Positions 63,093 to 64,000 of a DNA stretch of 64,000 nt are shown here, one piece after another. Below the pieces are notes generated by a model. The model was not told where the DNA came from, ran no database searches, and worked only from the letters and a program-made list of their open reading frames with translations. The stretch comes from Octopus sinensis (lineage: Eukaryota), in contig NC_043011.1 in the NCBI RefSeq assembly GCF_006345805.1, positions 11,966,001 through 12,030,000 of the forward strand. The letters are read 5' to 3'. Numbering within the stretch: the first letter of the stretch is position 1; each line of letters starts with the position of its first letter. The translations under genes and the position numbers were made by a program.

Positions 63093-63175
63093 TATAACAT
63101 CGCTTCTATTGAAGTTGCATCCAACTTATTACGCTGAGCAATAATAATATGAGCTGGTATTCCCTTCAAATTCAG

Positions 63176-63540
63176 TTTACTCTTTTACTTGTTTCAGGCA
63201 TTTGACTGCGGCCATGCTGGAGCACCGCCTTTAATCGAGCAACTCGACCCCGGGACTTATTCTTTTGTAAGTCCAGAACTTATTCTATCGGTCTCTTTTG
63301 CCGAACCGCTAAGTAACGGGGACATAAACACACCAGCATCGGTTGTCAAGCAATGCTAGGGGGACAAACACAGACACACAAACACATACACGCATATATA
63401 TACATATATACGACGGGCTTCTTTCAGTTTCCGTCTACCAAATCCACTCACAAGGCTTTGGTCGGCCCGAGGCTATAGTAGAAGACACTTGCCCAAGGTG
63501 CCACGCAGTGGGACTGAACCCAGAACCATGTGGGTTGGTA
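63176..63540 (-). mobile_element. SINE family A
   Basis: Family match. Confidence 0.9.
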
Positions 63541-64000
63541 GAACAGAAAGCCATTTTTCATGCCATAGATGGCTTTTTTATCCTTCATTTTTTTCATTAC
63601 ATTCCTTCATTTTAAATACTGACCACTGACGAAAAATATTGTTGTCAATTTGTATCCAGTGTTCATTTATCACTACACATAATGAGTCTACTTATTCCCA
63701 TGCTGGAAGACTATTTAGTAACATCCATGTAAAACTATCAAATTCTTCGAGATGAAATTTCTTCCACAAGATAGTCATCACGATTTTACTCATAATCTCA
63801 CGTTTTCACTAGTAATTTCTCACTGTTGATTGGGGGTTTTTTATATCTGATAGTATATTTTTATTTTAAACCAATTGATCACATTTTAAATTATAACATT
63901 TAAATAAAAAAAAAAACTGAAAAAGAAAAAGGAAAAAAAGAGGCAGTTAAGCAGCAGAAGATGGAGGAGGAGGGGAGCAATGGATCCCCCATCCTAGAAC

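Overview
AT-rich, microsatellite-dense animal genomic DNA, most likely an octopus/coleoid cephalopod (inferred from the tRNA-derived SINE families, the RTE, Dong-R4 and mariner content, TTAGGG repeats and a long single-exon C2H2 gene). It has one credible protein-coding gene: a 1033-aa protein with 15 C2H2 zinc fingers on the minus strand (40966-44067), with two poly-Asp tracts and a Gln/His-rich tail. The rest is nested transposon relics: two mariner copies, one DUF4817-type Tc1/mariner, MITEs (piggyBac-like, hAT-like and a family carrying telomeric CCCTAA repeats), several SINE families, and HERO, Dong/R4, RTE, CR1/L2, Gypsy and Helitron fragments. The most interesting signal is non-coding. 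Several small, often fold-back elements inserted in (TA)n tracts carry type-I hammerhead ribozyme motifs with palindromic stem III, as known for Penelope-like elements. A HERO LINE 3' UTR holds all hammerhead strands in a non-standard, pseudoknot-requiring order. An RTE-like non-autonomous element has a possible HDV-like fold at its 5' end. All folds were read by eye and need covariance-model and cleavage tests. Boundaries of degenerate repeats are approximate.
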